A DNA stretch of 64,000 nt. Source: a virus. Made by a program: the position numbers and the translations under genes. The notes beneath the pieces were generated by a model. That model ran no database searches and was not told the DNA's origin. It saw nothing but the letters and a program-made list of their open reading frames with translations. Shown in pieces: positions 50,462-59,205 of the stretch (the stretch's first letter is position 1; the number at the start of each line of letters is the position of its first letter). Location: the IMG/VR virus record IMGVR_UViG_3300032677_001293; one strand, given 5' to 3'.

Positions 50462-52995
50462 GCTTTTTTTACGACCTTAACAAAAAACTAAACGGCATTG
50501 GCGCTGAACAGAAAAAATTAGCAGAGAGTAAAGAAGCTCCTAAAACTCCTGCTCGTCAAACACTTGAGCAAGCATTGCGTCAAGATTTGACAGCATTAAT
50601 GGAAGGCCAAGTAAACGAAATTAGCCAATCTACAAAAGATAGTTATGCTAAAAAAGCAAAAGCAGAAGTAAACATTTACAATCGTAATAAAAATAATCCA
50701 GCACCAAGTCCTAAAGATAAGGAAATGTCTGCTATGTCCGCCGCTCGCCGCGAAAAAGGTTTAGCTCGTATGACCAAGGAAGATGGCACAGGCGGCGCAA
50801 ACTTTTCTGGATCAGGAAGTTTAGAAGAGAAAAAAGAAAAGTGGATTCAAAAAGCTACTAAGCCAAGCACAAAAGGCGACTTACATAAAGCTCTCCATGT
50901 GCCACAAGGTGAAAAGATTCCTAAAGGTAAGATTAGTAAAGCAACACATAGTAAAGACGCACACTTACGCCACATGGCACAGTTTGCTAAGAATGTAGCC
51001 AAAGAAGATGGCGGCAGTGAAATGGAATGTGATAATCCAACTCCATCAAAAGGTATTCCGGGAAATGTTCCAGTACCAGGTAAGATGGATCGTTTGCGTG
51101 GCAAGCGTGATTATTACGAAGCTGACCATAGTGAAGAAGATATTATGGATTATTTAAATCGTAAATTAGCTCCACACGACAAAGAACAAGCTCGTGAAGA
51201 TGCTGTAGCAACTTCATACAATAAAGGCACTGGCAAGCCAGACGCACACAACGGCATGGAATTTGAAGGCAACGCATTTACTGGCAAACTTAAATCAACA
51301 CCTAAAGGTGGCAAATTTAAAGTTGGCGGCGAAGAGTATACAGATACAAGCGAACTCGACGAAGCAGTAAGTCGTAAACATTTCCAAGCTATTGCTGATA
51401 CACTCAAGCATATCGAAGATATGAATAAGCGTAAAGAATTAGCGCAACACCATGCGTCAGCATTTAAGTTAGCTAATCCACGATTTGACCAAGCTCGTTT
51501 CTTTAAAGCAGCTGGTATCACTGATGAAGGCATCGCTGGCCAAGCGGCTGGTACATTAGCTGGTGGCGCACTAGGTGGGCCAGTGGGCGCTGCTATTGGT
51601 GGCGCAATTGGCAATAATTTAACAGGCGATGGCGCTGTTGAAGAAGGTTTTGACGACATGGATGCTTGGTTGAAACAGCGCGAAGCAGAAAAAGGCACAG
51701 GCAAGTTTGATAAGCGTAAAACATCAACTGGTACTGTGTACACACGCAAGCCAGAAACATTTGATGAGCCAGATGCTAGTGATGATAGCGGATCAGCAGT
51801 TAAGCGTGGTCGTGGCCGCCCAGCTGGTACTAAAGGTGCTACAGGTTCCCGTGGACCTACTGGCAAAAGTAAATTAATGTCTAAAGGTTCCATTCGTGAA
51901 GAAGGTGATCATGTTTGTTCTGAATGTGGACAAATGATTGCTGAAAAATCAAAAAGCCAAGCACAAGCACACATGATGGCTGGTGTAGCACACAATCCTA
52001 AATTTGCTAAAAAAGTTGGAATCAAACAGTCTGTAGGCAAAGAATTTAACAAAGCCGACAAAGGTAAAGACATTAGTAAGTTACCTAAAAAAGTTAAAAA
52101 GACTGAAGAAGGTAAGGGCGACGGCAATTTAGCCAACAATGCTAAACCTTATGACAAAGTAACTAAGGGTGATGTTATCGCTGGGCGTCTTGGTAAAGAC
52201 GAAGAAGGCGGTAAGAAGAAATTTAAAAAAGAAGAGAAAGTTGATGAAACAACAACTTCTGGTAGCGTAGCAACTTCTGCGCCAAAAGCTGCTAAATCTG
52301 GCGGCATGAAATTTGGCGGCGGCATTTACGATTCATGGAATCGTGATATCGAAGCTATGATTAGTGAATCAGTTCAAGTTAAACAACAAGTAGTTGAACA
52401 CGCAGAAGATGGTGACGAAGAAGCGATTACAATTACAGCCACAGGTGCTGATGTACATCGTATCAAAGAGTTATTAGCCGCAATGGGTATTCAATCAAGC
52501 GAAGAAGGTCACTCACATGACGATGGCGCTTGCGGTACTTGTGGTGGCGTCCCATGCCAATGTGATGAGATGAATGATATGGAAGAAGGCGTTAAGGGTG
52601 CTATTGCTGGAGCCGCTTTAGGTTCAGTAGCTGGCCCATTAGGTGCTGTAGCTGGCGGATATGCTGGCGATAAAATTGGCGATTATGTAGATGACAAATT
52701 AAATTCTGCTCCTGCTGCCGCTCCTGCTGCTAGCGATCCTACAGCTTCTATTACTGATACTAGCGATGAAGAAGAAATTGCCGAAGCAGATGCTCCTGTT
52801 ACACAAAACAGTCCAGATTATCCTTCTAATCAAGAATATGATGATGATGCATTACAATATAGTGGCGGATTAAATGGGCCTAAGTCAACTGGACAGTCTA
52901 CTATTCCTGTATTAGCAAGTCAAGATGAGCGTCAAGTTTCTGAAGCTAGTAGCTTTTTGAATTTGTACAAAGCATTCGCTAAGATTGTAAAATAA
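50458..52995 (+). CDS. Mosaic head-internal polyprotein
   Basis: Unrelated short modules (basic peptides, two glycine zippers, AT-hook KRGRGRP) each delimited by x-x-E sites. Confidence 0.55.
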   Translation: MSFFYDLNKKLNGIGAEQKKLAESKEAPKTPARQTLEQALRQDLTALMEGQVNEISQSTKDSYAKKAKAEVNIYNRNKNNPAPSPKDKEMSAMSAARREKGLARMTKEDGTGGANFSGSGSLEEKKEKWIQKATKPSTKGDLHKALHVPQGEKIPKGKISKATHSKDAHLRHMAQFAKNVAKEDGGSEMECDNPTPSKGIPGNVPVPGKMDRLRGKRDYYEADHSEEDIMDYLNRKLAPHDKEQAREDAVATSYNKGTGKPDAHNGMEFEGNAFTGKLKSTPKGGKFKVGGEEYTDTSELDEAVSRKHFQAIADTLKHIEDMNKRKELAQHHASAFKLANPRFDQARFFKAAGITDEGIAGQAAGTLAGGALGGPVGAAIGGAIGNNLTGDGAVEEGFDDMDAWLKQREAEKGTGKFDKRKTSTGTVYTRKPETFDEPDASDDSGSAVKRGRGRPAGTKGATGSRGPTGKSKLMSKGSIREEGDHVCSECGQMIAEKSKSQAQAHMMAGVAHNPKFAKKVGIKQSVGKEFNKADKGKDISKLPKKVKKTEEGKGDGNLANNAKPYDKVTKGDVIAGRLGKDEEGGKKKFKKEEKVDETTTSGSVATSAPKAAKSGGMKFGGGIYDSWNRDIEAMISESVQVKQQVVEHAEDGDEEAITITATGADVHRIKELLAAMGIQSSEEGHSHDDGACGTCGGVPCQCDEMNDMEEGVKGAIAGAALGSVAGPLGAVAGGYAGDKIGDYVDDKLNSAPAAAPAASDPTASITDTSDEEEIAEADAPVTQNSPDYPSNQEYDDDALQYSGGLNGPKSTGQSTIPVLASQDERQVSEASSFLNLYKAFAKIVK

Positions 52996-53005
52996 GGAAT
53001 AATAA

Positions 53006-53539
53006 ATGAGTCAAGCTAACGTATACACATCAGTATCAAACGCAGTATGGTACACTGATAAATGCGAAATTGTAACTGGTGCTACAACAGTAACATATAA
53101 CATTTACGAAGTTGCTATTGGTCCTAACATTTTGTTTAGCGGCACAACAGCTAACGGCAGTAATATTATTACTACCTCTGCGGCAATGTTTTTACCAGCT
53201 AACAGCGCAATTAGCGGAACTGGTATTTCTAGTGGCACTACAATTAGTTCACAAGTTACTTACGAAAGCGTAACATTAAGTGCGGCAGCAACTGCTAATG
53301 CTACTAATGTGTTTACGGTAACTCCTCCACCTAATGGTAATATGTACTCAGCTGCTCCACAAGTAGCGGCTAATAGTCGTCAACAAATTTTTGTTGGAGC
53401 TGGTAATCGTTTAACAATTACTGGTGCTGACTTTACTGCTCGTGAATTAGGCACAGCTTCTTCTGCCACAGCAGGTGTAATTGGTACAAATTATAGTGAT
53501 GGTGTTGTGCCATCCGATAATGTACCAGATGTTGCTTAA
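53006..53539 (+). CDS. Virion structural protein
   Basis: T/S/A-rich beta protein; SD upstream. Confidence 0.5.
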   Translation: MSQANVYTSVSNAVWYTDKCEIVTGATTVTYNIYEVAIGPNILFSGTTANGSNIITTSAAMFLPANSAISGTGISSGTTISSQVTYESVTLSAAATANATNVFTVTPPPNGNMYSAAPQVAANSRQQIFVGAGNRLTITGADFTARELGTASSATAGVIGTNYSDGVVPSDNVPDVA

Positions 53540-53544
53540 CAATT

Positions 53545-53913
53545 ATGCGAGCTAAAGAGTTCATAGCCGAAGCTCATGAAAAATTTTCAGATGAGCAACT
53601 AATGCCTATGGCCGGCGCCGAGCGTTATGACGGCTTAGATAACTCTAATCCTTATGCTATGTGGCGTTTTATTGTAGCGGCTGCTGGATGCGGTGGCAAA
53701 GATAATCCGCATCCACCGCTAGCTAAGTTGGGTCCTATTGGACAAAAATTATCTACACTAGCTTACAGTCAAGGTGACGCAGATATTTTAAATGCGACAG
53801 CAAAGGCTATGGGCGAAAAAAGCACACCGATTAGCACTATTAAATCTGAAGAACCTAGTACAGTACACAAAACAAGTCCTGTAAAAGGATTTGCAGGTTA
53901 TAAAAGAAAATGA
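53545..53913 (+). CDS. Head internal protein (paralog 1)
   Basis: Starts MRAKEFIAE (compare T4 IPIII MKTYQEFIAE) and ends SPVKGFAGYKRK. Confidence 0.6.
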   Translation: MRAKEFIAEAHEKFSDEQLMPMAGAERYDGLDNSNPYAMWRFIVAAAGCGGKDNPHPPLAKLGPIGQKLSTLAYSQGDADILNATAKAMGEKSTPISTIKSEEPSTVHKTSPVKGFAGYKRK

Positions 53914-54311
53914 GAGCTAAAGAATTCATCACAGAAGTAGCTCTTGGTCGAACAGGTAGTTTACAACAAGATATTGCGTTAGCTTTACCAGGTGCGTGGA
54001 AAATTCCAGCACTTAAAAATCAAGATCCATATTTACAATATCGGTTTGGTGTAGCTATTGCCGGGGCAAAAGGCGCTGCTCAGCGTAAAAAAGATGGTGT
54101 ACCGCCATTTGAAAAAGATAATGTATTTGGTGAAAATGAATTTGTAGTAAGTTATGATCCGCATACCGGAGTATATATTCGTGATGCGTTAATAGCTATG
54201 GGATTACCTGGCGACGATGCTATACAAATAGCCACAATGGCTAGTGAAGAAATGCCAGATATAGATAAAGTAAGTCCTGTTACAGGATTTGCTGGTTATA
54301 AAAGAAAATAA
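53910..54311 (+). CDS. Head internal protein (paralog 2)
   Basis: Starts MRAKEFITE and ends SPVTGFAGYKRK. Confidence 0.6.
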   Translation: MRAKEFITEVALGRTGSLQQDIALALPGAWKIPALKNQDPYLQYRFGVAIAGAKGAAQRKKDGVPPFEKDNVFGENEFVVSYDPHTGVYIRDALIAMGLPGDDAIQIATMASEEMPDIDKVSPVTGFAGYKRK

Positions 54312-54328
54312 TAATTAAGGAGTTACAA

Positions 54329-55153
54329 ATGAAGAAGTTATTTACAGGACTATTATTAGTCTTAGCAACATCAACAGTATTTGCGTGGACACAACGTGCC
54401 CCATTTCCAGTAGCACAATGTCAAGCACACGCACCATATGGTTTCCCACAAAGTGCTAAACCAATACAGCCATTATGCCAACAAGCGTATCTAGTAGGCT
54501 ATGACGCACAAGCTAAGTTACCAGAATTTGTTATGTATGAATTATTGCCACAAAACGCATTAGGTTGTGTCGCTCGTACTAACGCATTTGCTCCAAATCA
54601 ATTTGTTCAAAATGGCGCTGTTCCAGGCGACTATGCTGGCACAGGTTACGATAAAGGACACATGGCTCCAGATGGTGATTTATCATGGGATCCACAAGTA
54701 GAATATGAATCATTCTTAATGACTAATATGAGCCCACAAGCCGGCTCGTTGAACCGTGGTATTTGGAAATTATTAGAAACTAGTGTTCGTGGTTGGGCTG
54801 TACAACGCAACCAGTCGTACACAGTTATTGCGGGTGGTTTGTATGGGCAAGGCGATAAAGTTATTGGTAAAGGCGTTATTGTACCACATGGCTTTTACAA
54901 GATTGTAATCAACAATCAAACTAAAGAAGTAGCCGGCTGGGGCTTCCCACATACAGCACCATACCCTAACTTGGGTAATGACTTAACTAAATTCCGTGTT
55001 CCTGTTGCTACTATCATGGCAGACGCACAAGTTAAGTATGCTTTACCACAAGGTTATATTGAATTAGCCCCAGGTAAAGAATGGAGTGTGGATTTTGGAA
55101 AATTAACTCAAATGAAACGCCAAAAATGCGGAGCTAACGCTTCAGACGATTAA
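54329..55153 (+). CDS. Secreted DNA/RNA non-specific endonuclease (NucA/Serratia family)
   Basis: YDKGHMAP...ESFLMTNMSPQ..LNRGIWK.LE and VPHGFYK motifs; Sec-type signal peptide MKKLFTGLLLVLATSTVFA. Confidence 0.9.
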   Translation: MKKLFTGLLLVLATSTVFAWTQRAPFPVAQCQAHAPYGFPQSAKPIQPLCQQAYLVGYDAQAKLPEFVMYELLPQNALGCVARTNAFAPNQFVQNGAVPGDYAGTGYDKGHMAPDGDLSWDPQVEYESFLMTNMSPQAGSLNRGIWKLLETSVRGWAVQRNQSYTVIAGGLYGQGDKVIGKGVIVPHGFYKIVINNQTKEVAGWGFPHTAPYPNLGNDLTKFRVPVATIMADAQVKYALPQGYIELAPGKEWSVDFGKLTQMKRQKCGANASDD

Positions 55154-55192
55154 AAACTTGCCGATCAAGGGTCATAACAGTTAAATACAATT

Positions 55193-56755
55193 ATGGCCTT
55201 TGACGCAAGCTCGCTAGCTAAAACCCCCCACAAACAACAAGTTTGGACTGAACAACAGCTCAAAGAATTCGCTCTTTGTGCTGATCCAGTAACCGGCCCA
55301 GAATATTTTATGGATCATTTCTTCTATATCCAGCATCCGGTTAGAGGGAAAATGCAGTATCATCCTTTTGAGTATCAAGAGCGATTAATTAACACTTATC
55401 ACAATTATCGTTTTAGTATTTCTATGATGCCACGACAAACAGGTAAGTCTACATCAGCCGCAGGTTACTTGCTATGGTATGCAATGTTTGTTCCAGATTC
55501 CACAGTTCTAATTGCCGCACACAAGTATGACGGCTCCCAAGAAATTATGACTCGTGTGCGATATGCGTATGAAATGTGTCCTGATCATATTCGCGCTGGC
55601 GCCACAAACTATAATAAAGGCTCTATAGAATTTGAAAACGGTTCACGCATTGTGTCGGCAACAACTACAGAAAACACAGGTCGTGGTATGTCTATATCAC
55701 TATTATATTGTGATGAGTTCGCATTCGTTCGACCTAGCGTAGCACAAGAATTTTGGACTTCAATTTCGCCAACACTAGCAACTGGTGGTAAATGTATTAT
55801 TACATCTACACCTAACTCAGACGAAGATCAATTTGCGCTGTTATGGAAAGGCGCTCTTAAAATGGAAGATTCACACGGTAATCCACAAGAAGTAGGCATC
55901 AATGGTTTCCGTGCTTTCCGTAGCTATTGGAGAGAACATCCAGACAGAGATGACGCTTGGGCTGCGGCGCAACGAGCACAATTAGGTGAAGACCGTTTCC
56001 GTCGCGAGATGGATTGCGAATTTATTATTAACGATGAGACGCTAATCGCGCCGGCTAAACTCATAGACTTAGAGGGAATGGAGCCTATACACCGTACAGC
56101 ACAAGTTCGTTGGTATAAACAACCTGAGCCTGGCAGAATGTATTGCGTAGGTCTAGATCCATCATTAGGTACTGGCGGCGATCCTGCTGCCATACAAATT
56201 TTTGAAGCAAACACCACAGAGCAAATAGGTGAGTGGAAACACAACAGAACACCTATTCCAGAGCAAATTCGCATACTTGCGGACATTGTCAAATACATTT
56301 ATACTATTGTTAAAGACGAAGAATCAGTTTATTATTCTGTAGAAAATAATACCATTGGCGAAGCGGCACTTATATCCATTGATCAGTTTGGAGAAGAAAA
56401 TATTAAAGGCTATTTCTTGTCAGATCCTACCAGAGGAGCCGGCAGGTATCGTAAAGGTTTCAACACTAGCCCTAAAAACAAACTTACAGCTTGTGCTAAA
56501 TTAAAAACATTAATTGAAACAAATAAAATGAAATTACGCAGTCGTCCATTAATTTCTGAACTAAAAACATTCGTGGCCAACGGGGTTAGTTATGCGGCAA
56601 AACCAGGCAGTACCGACGACTTAGTTATGGCTACATTGCTGGTTACACGCATGATGATATTACTTCAAACTTACCATCCAGAAATGGATACGCAAATGCG
56701 TGATTTCGGGGAAAGTATTACCCCGCCGTTGCCCTTTATTTCAACAATGTATTAA
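55193..56755 (+). CDS. Terminase large subunit (gp17)
   Basis: Walker A PRQTGKST, Walker B LLYCDEFAF, ITSTPN, nuclease GLDPS and DDLVMA. Confidence 0.97.
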   Translation: MAFDASSLAKTPHKQQVWTEQQLKEFALCADPVTGPEYFMDHFFYIQHPVRGKMQYHPFEYQERLINTYHNYRFSISMMPRQTGKSTSAAGYLLWYAMFVPDSTVLIAAHKYDGSQEIMTRVRYAYEMCPDHIRAGATNYNKGSIEFENGSRIVSATTTENTGRGMSISLLYCDEFAFVRPSVAQEFWTSISPTLATGGKCIITSTPNSDEDQFALLWKGALKMEDSHGNPQEVGINGFRAFRSYWREHPDRDDAWAAAQRAQLGEDRFRREMDCEFIINDETLIAPAKLIDLEGMEPIHRTAQVRWYKQPEPGRMYCVGLDPSLGTGGDPAAIQIFEANTTEQIGEWKHNRTPIPEQIRILADIVKYIYTIVKDEESVYYSVENNTIGEAALISIDQFGEENIKGYFLSDPTRGAGRYRKGFNTSPKNKLTACAKLKTLIETNKMKLRSRPLISELKTFVANGVSYAAKPGSTDDLVMATLLVTRMMILLQTYHPEMDTQMRDFGESITPPLPFISTMY

Positions 56756-56780
56756 ATTAAAAATAGCTAAATAATATACC

Positions 56781-59048
56781 ATGGCAGAAAACAACGCTAA
56801 CCAGAAATTAAACGACTTACTCATTAGTAAGAATTTTGACCCGCAGTCATTAGATAGTATGGGCAAACCTGCCCCATCTCCAGAACAAGCTGATTTATTT
56901 TCTTTTGATTACAAAGGTGAATCAGGACAAAACTATGGCACAGTAGTTGTGATGCTTACCGAAGACAATAATCTAAATGTTTACTTTGGCGATAATATTG
57001 GTAAAAGTATGGAAGGCGATGACAAAAAAGGTTGGTTTGACTTTTTATATCAATTGCGTATGTTTGCCAAGAGAAATTTATTAAGTTTCTCATTACAGAA
57101 TTTAAACAAATTAAAATACAGTATGCAAGGTCAAGCCGCAATTAGCGAAGGCTTATTTGAATCTTGGGCTGGCACAAAAACTCAATCATGGAATGGCGCA
57201 GAAACTGAAGCTAGACTAATGATTAAACATAAACGAGCTATTGGCGAGAATGATGCTCGCTTCCGTTATGTAGAATCTTTATTTGTAGAGACAGCCGAAG
57301 GTGAACGCTATAAATTGCCGTTTACAAAATTATCAGCTGGTCGTGCTATGGTAGAACACGTGCGTCAAGGTGGTAAGCCTTACGATATTCGCGGACAACA
57401 TATTGCTACTATTGTTGAAGAAATGAATTTATTAAGTCGTTTCCGTCGTGCCAATCAAGGTAAAATCTTTGAAGGTGAAACACAGCACTTAGTAGAACAA
57501 GCTACACATTATTACGAAACATTACAAAGTAATCTAAAAAGTTTAAGTACAAAAAATGGTTACGCAAAGTATTTTGAAGGTTGGGATCCAGCCGCATTAA
57601 GTGACGAAGATGTTATTATCGAAGATTTGCGTCATATGTTTGTGGAACAAAACATAGATTCACGCATCGAGCAAGCACTACCATTATTGGCAAAATTACA
57701 ACGGGAACAAAGCATGAAAGAAGCTAACATATTTGAAAATTGGGCAAACCTTATTCTTGAAGGTACTTGGGCAGTTCCGGATACTAAAGAGAAACAAGCT
57801 CAACTAGTTAGCTTGCTTAGTCAAGAATTACCAGTAGGTCCTGATGCTACTAATGCTACAGAACTATTATATGACTTGTTAGGCGATGACGAATTGTTTG
57901 ACCGTTTAGAAGAATTGGCTGAACAAGATGCCAATGCCGACGCTCGTGAAATTATTCTTTCTCGTTTGGAACAATTAAAAAGCAATCCAGCTATAGCACA
58001 AGTTATTGGACAATTAAAGAACCCAATCCCAGATTCACAAGAACCAGTTCAAGAGCGCATTAAAGATCCACACACACAAACAGAAGATCCACCAAATACA
58101 CAGCAACCAGAAGTTACTCCTAATATGCTAGACGAATTAAGTCCAGACACATTAGGTAGCTATGTTAAGCGAGCAAGCTCTGACCGTGCTATGAAAAACT
58201 TCGACCAAGGTGTAGATATGGGCGTTTCATATGGCGAACGTCAACCAAAATTTGACGCAGAAAAAGATCGGCAAGATAACAATCGCCGTCGTGGTATTCA
58301 TAAGGCAGTTAATCGTTTAGTTAAAGAAGGCGCAATGAACGAAGTAGATATTTTACTACAAGATATTGCTCGCAACAATGTTGATATCTACAATATCTAT
58401 GCTAATCCAAAAACTAATGTAGAAAAATTTGTAAGTAAACAAATTCATGATAAAATTGACGAGATTACATTCGAAACTGGATTACATCCAAAAGACGACA
58501 TTGATAAAATATTACAAATAATTTATGATGATATAGCCAAAGACTATGACGTCGACGAAGGCGCTATTGGTAAAGGATTGGGATTGATTGCCGGCGAATT
58601 AATTGCTCCAGAAATTCCAGGTAGCGGAATGATAGGCGCACATATCGGTGATACATTAGGCGATAAATTGAGCAATATGATTAGCGGCAACAATGACGAA
58701 GTGGACGAAACCGCTAGTAGTACTGCTGACCAAATGAAACAAGTACAAGATGAAATTGAAAAAATTGTCCGCTCGGGCGGTCGTGTGGGATTAAATGATC
58801 CGTTAAGTCAAAAGTTAAAAGCACTTAAAGATAAGTTACATTCTGCCAAAGAAGTTAACGAAAATACAGCGTTAACTGGCCCGTACGGACACTCTGGCAA
58901 ATTAGAACCAGTCGAAGGCACTGACGAAGATATGATGGCAAGAATTAAGTTCTTAGCAGGAATCAGAGAAACCGACGCACCAACCGAAACTCAAGCAGAT
59001 TCCAATTTAACTACCATGAAATCTGTCAGTTCCATCTTCCTTAGATAA
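56781..59048 (+). CDS. Large head-associated protein with a mosaic Glu-delimited C-terminal half
   Basis: Globular-looking N-half followed by modules after LDE/VKE/VDE/VNE, including a glycine zipper and a module similar to one in ORF 50458. Confidence 0.55.
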   Translation: MAENNANQKLNDLLISKNFDPQSLDSMGKPAPSPEQADLFSFDYKGESGQNYGTVVVMLTEDNNLNVYFGDNIGKSMEGDDKKGWFDFLYQLRMFAKRNLLSFSLQNLNKLKYSMQGQAAISEGLFESWAGTKTQSWNGAETEARLMIKHKRAIGENDARFRYVESLFVETAEGERYKLPFTKLSAGRAMVEHVRQGGKPYDIRGQHIATIVEEMNLLSRFRRANQGKIFEGETQHLVEQATHYYETLQSNLKSLSTKNGYAKYFEGWDPAALSDEDVIIEDLRHMFVEQNIDSRIEQALPLLAKLQREQSMKEANIFENWANLILEGTWAVPDTKEKQAQLVSLLSQELPVGPDATNATELLYDLLGDDELFDRLEELAEQDANADAREIILSRLEQLKSNPAIAQVIGQLKNPIPDSQEPVQERIKDPHTQTEDPPNTQQPEVTPNMLDELSPDTLGSYVKRASSDRAMKNFDQGVDMGVSYGERQPKFDAEKDRQDNNRRRGIHKAVNRLVKEGAMNEVDILLQDIARNNVDIYNIYANPKTNVEKFVSKQIHDKIDEITFETGLHPKDDIDKILQIIYDDIAKDYDVDEGAIGKGLGLIAGELIAPEIPGSGMIGAHIGDTLGDKLSNMISGNNDEVDETASSTADQMKQVQDEIEKIVRSGGRVGLNDPLSQKLKALKDKLHSAKEVNENTALTGPYGHSGKLEPVEGTDEDMMARIKFLAGIRETDAPTETQADSNLTTMKSVSSIFLR

Positions 59049-59110
59049 ATAAGTATTAGAAAGCAATAATCGGCAACATTAATAAGGCAACTTAACCAGT
59101 TTAGTAGTAA

Positions 59111-59142
59111 ACACAGACAGTCCTGTGTATAATAAAGACTGT
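59111..59142 (+). promoter_or_regulatory. H-type pseudoknot in the gp32 leader (autogenous operator candidate)
   Basis: Stem 1 ACACAG/CTGTGT; its loop ACAGTC pairs with GACTGT at 59137-59142. Confidence 0.65.
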
Positions 59143-59205
59143 AGGCAACTTTAATCTAGTAACATAGATAGGCATCACATTTTATAATTTGAAAGGCAAC
59201 TTAAA

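Noticed and set aside
51150-51893. 247-aa minus-strand ORF opposite the polyprotein
   Set aside because: It is an antisense shadow rich in S/P/L with no recognisable motif or expression signal.
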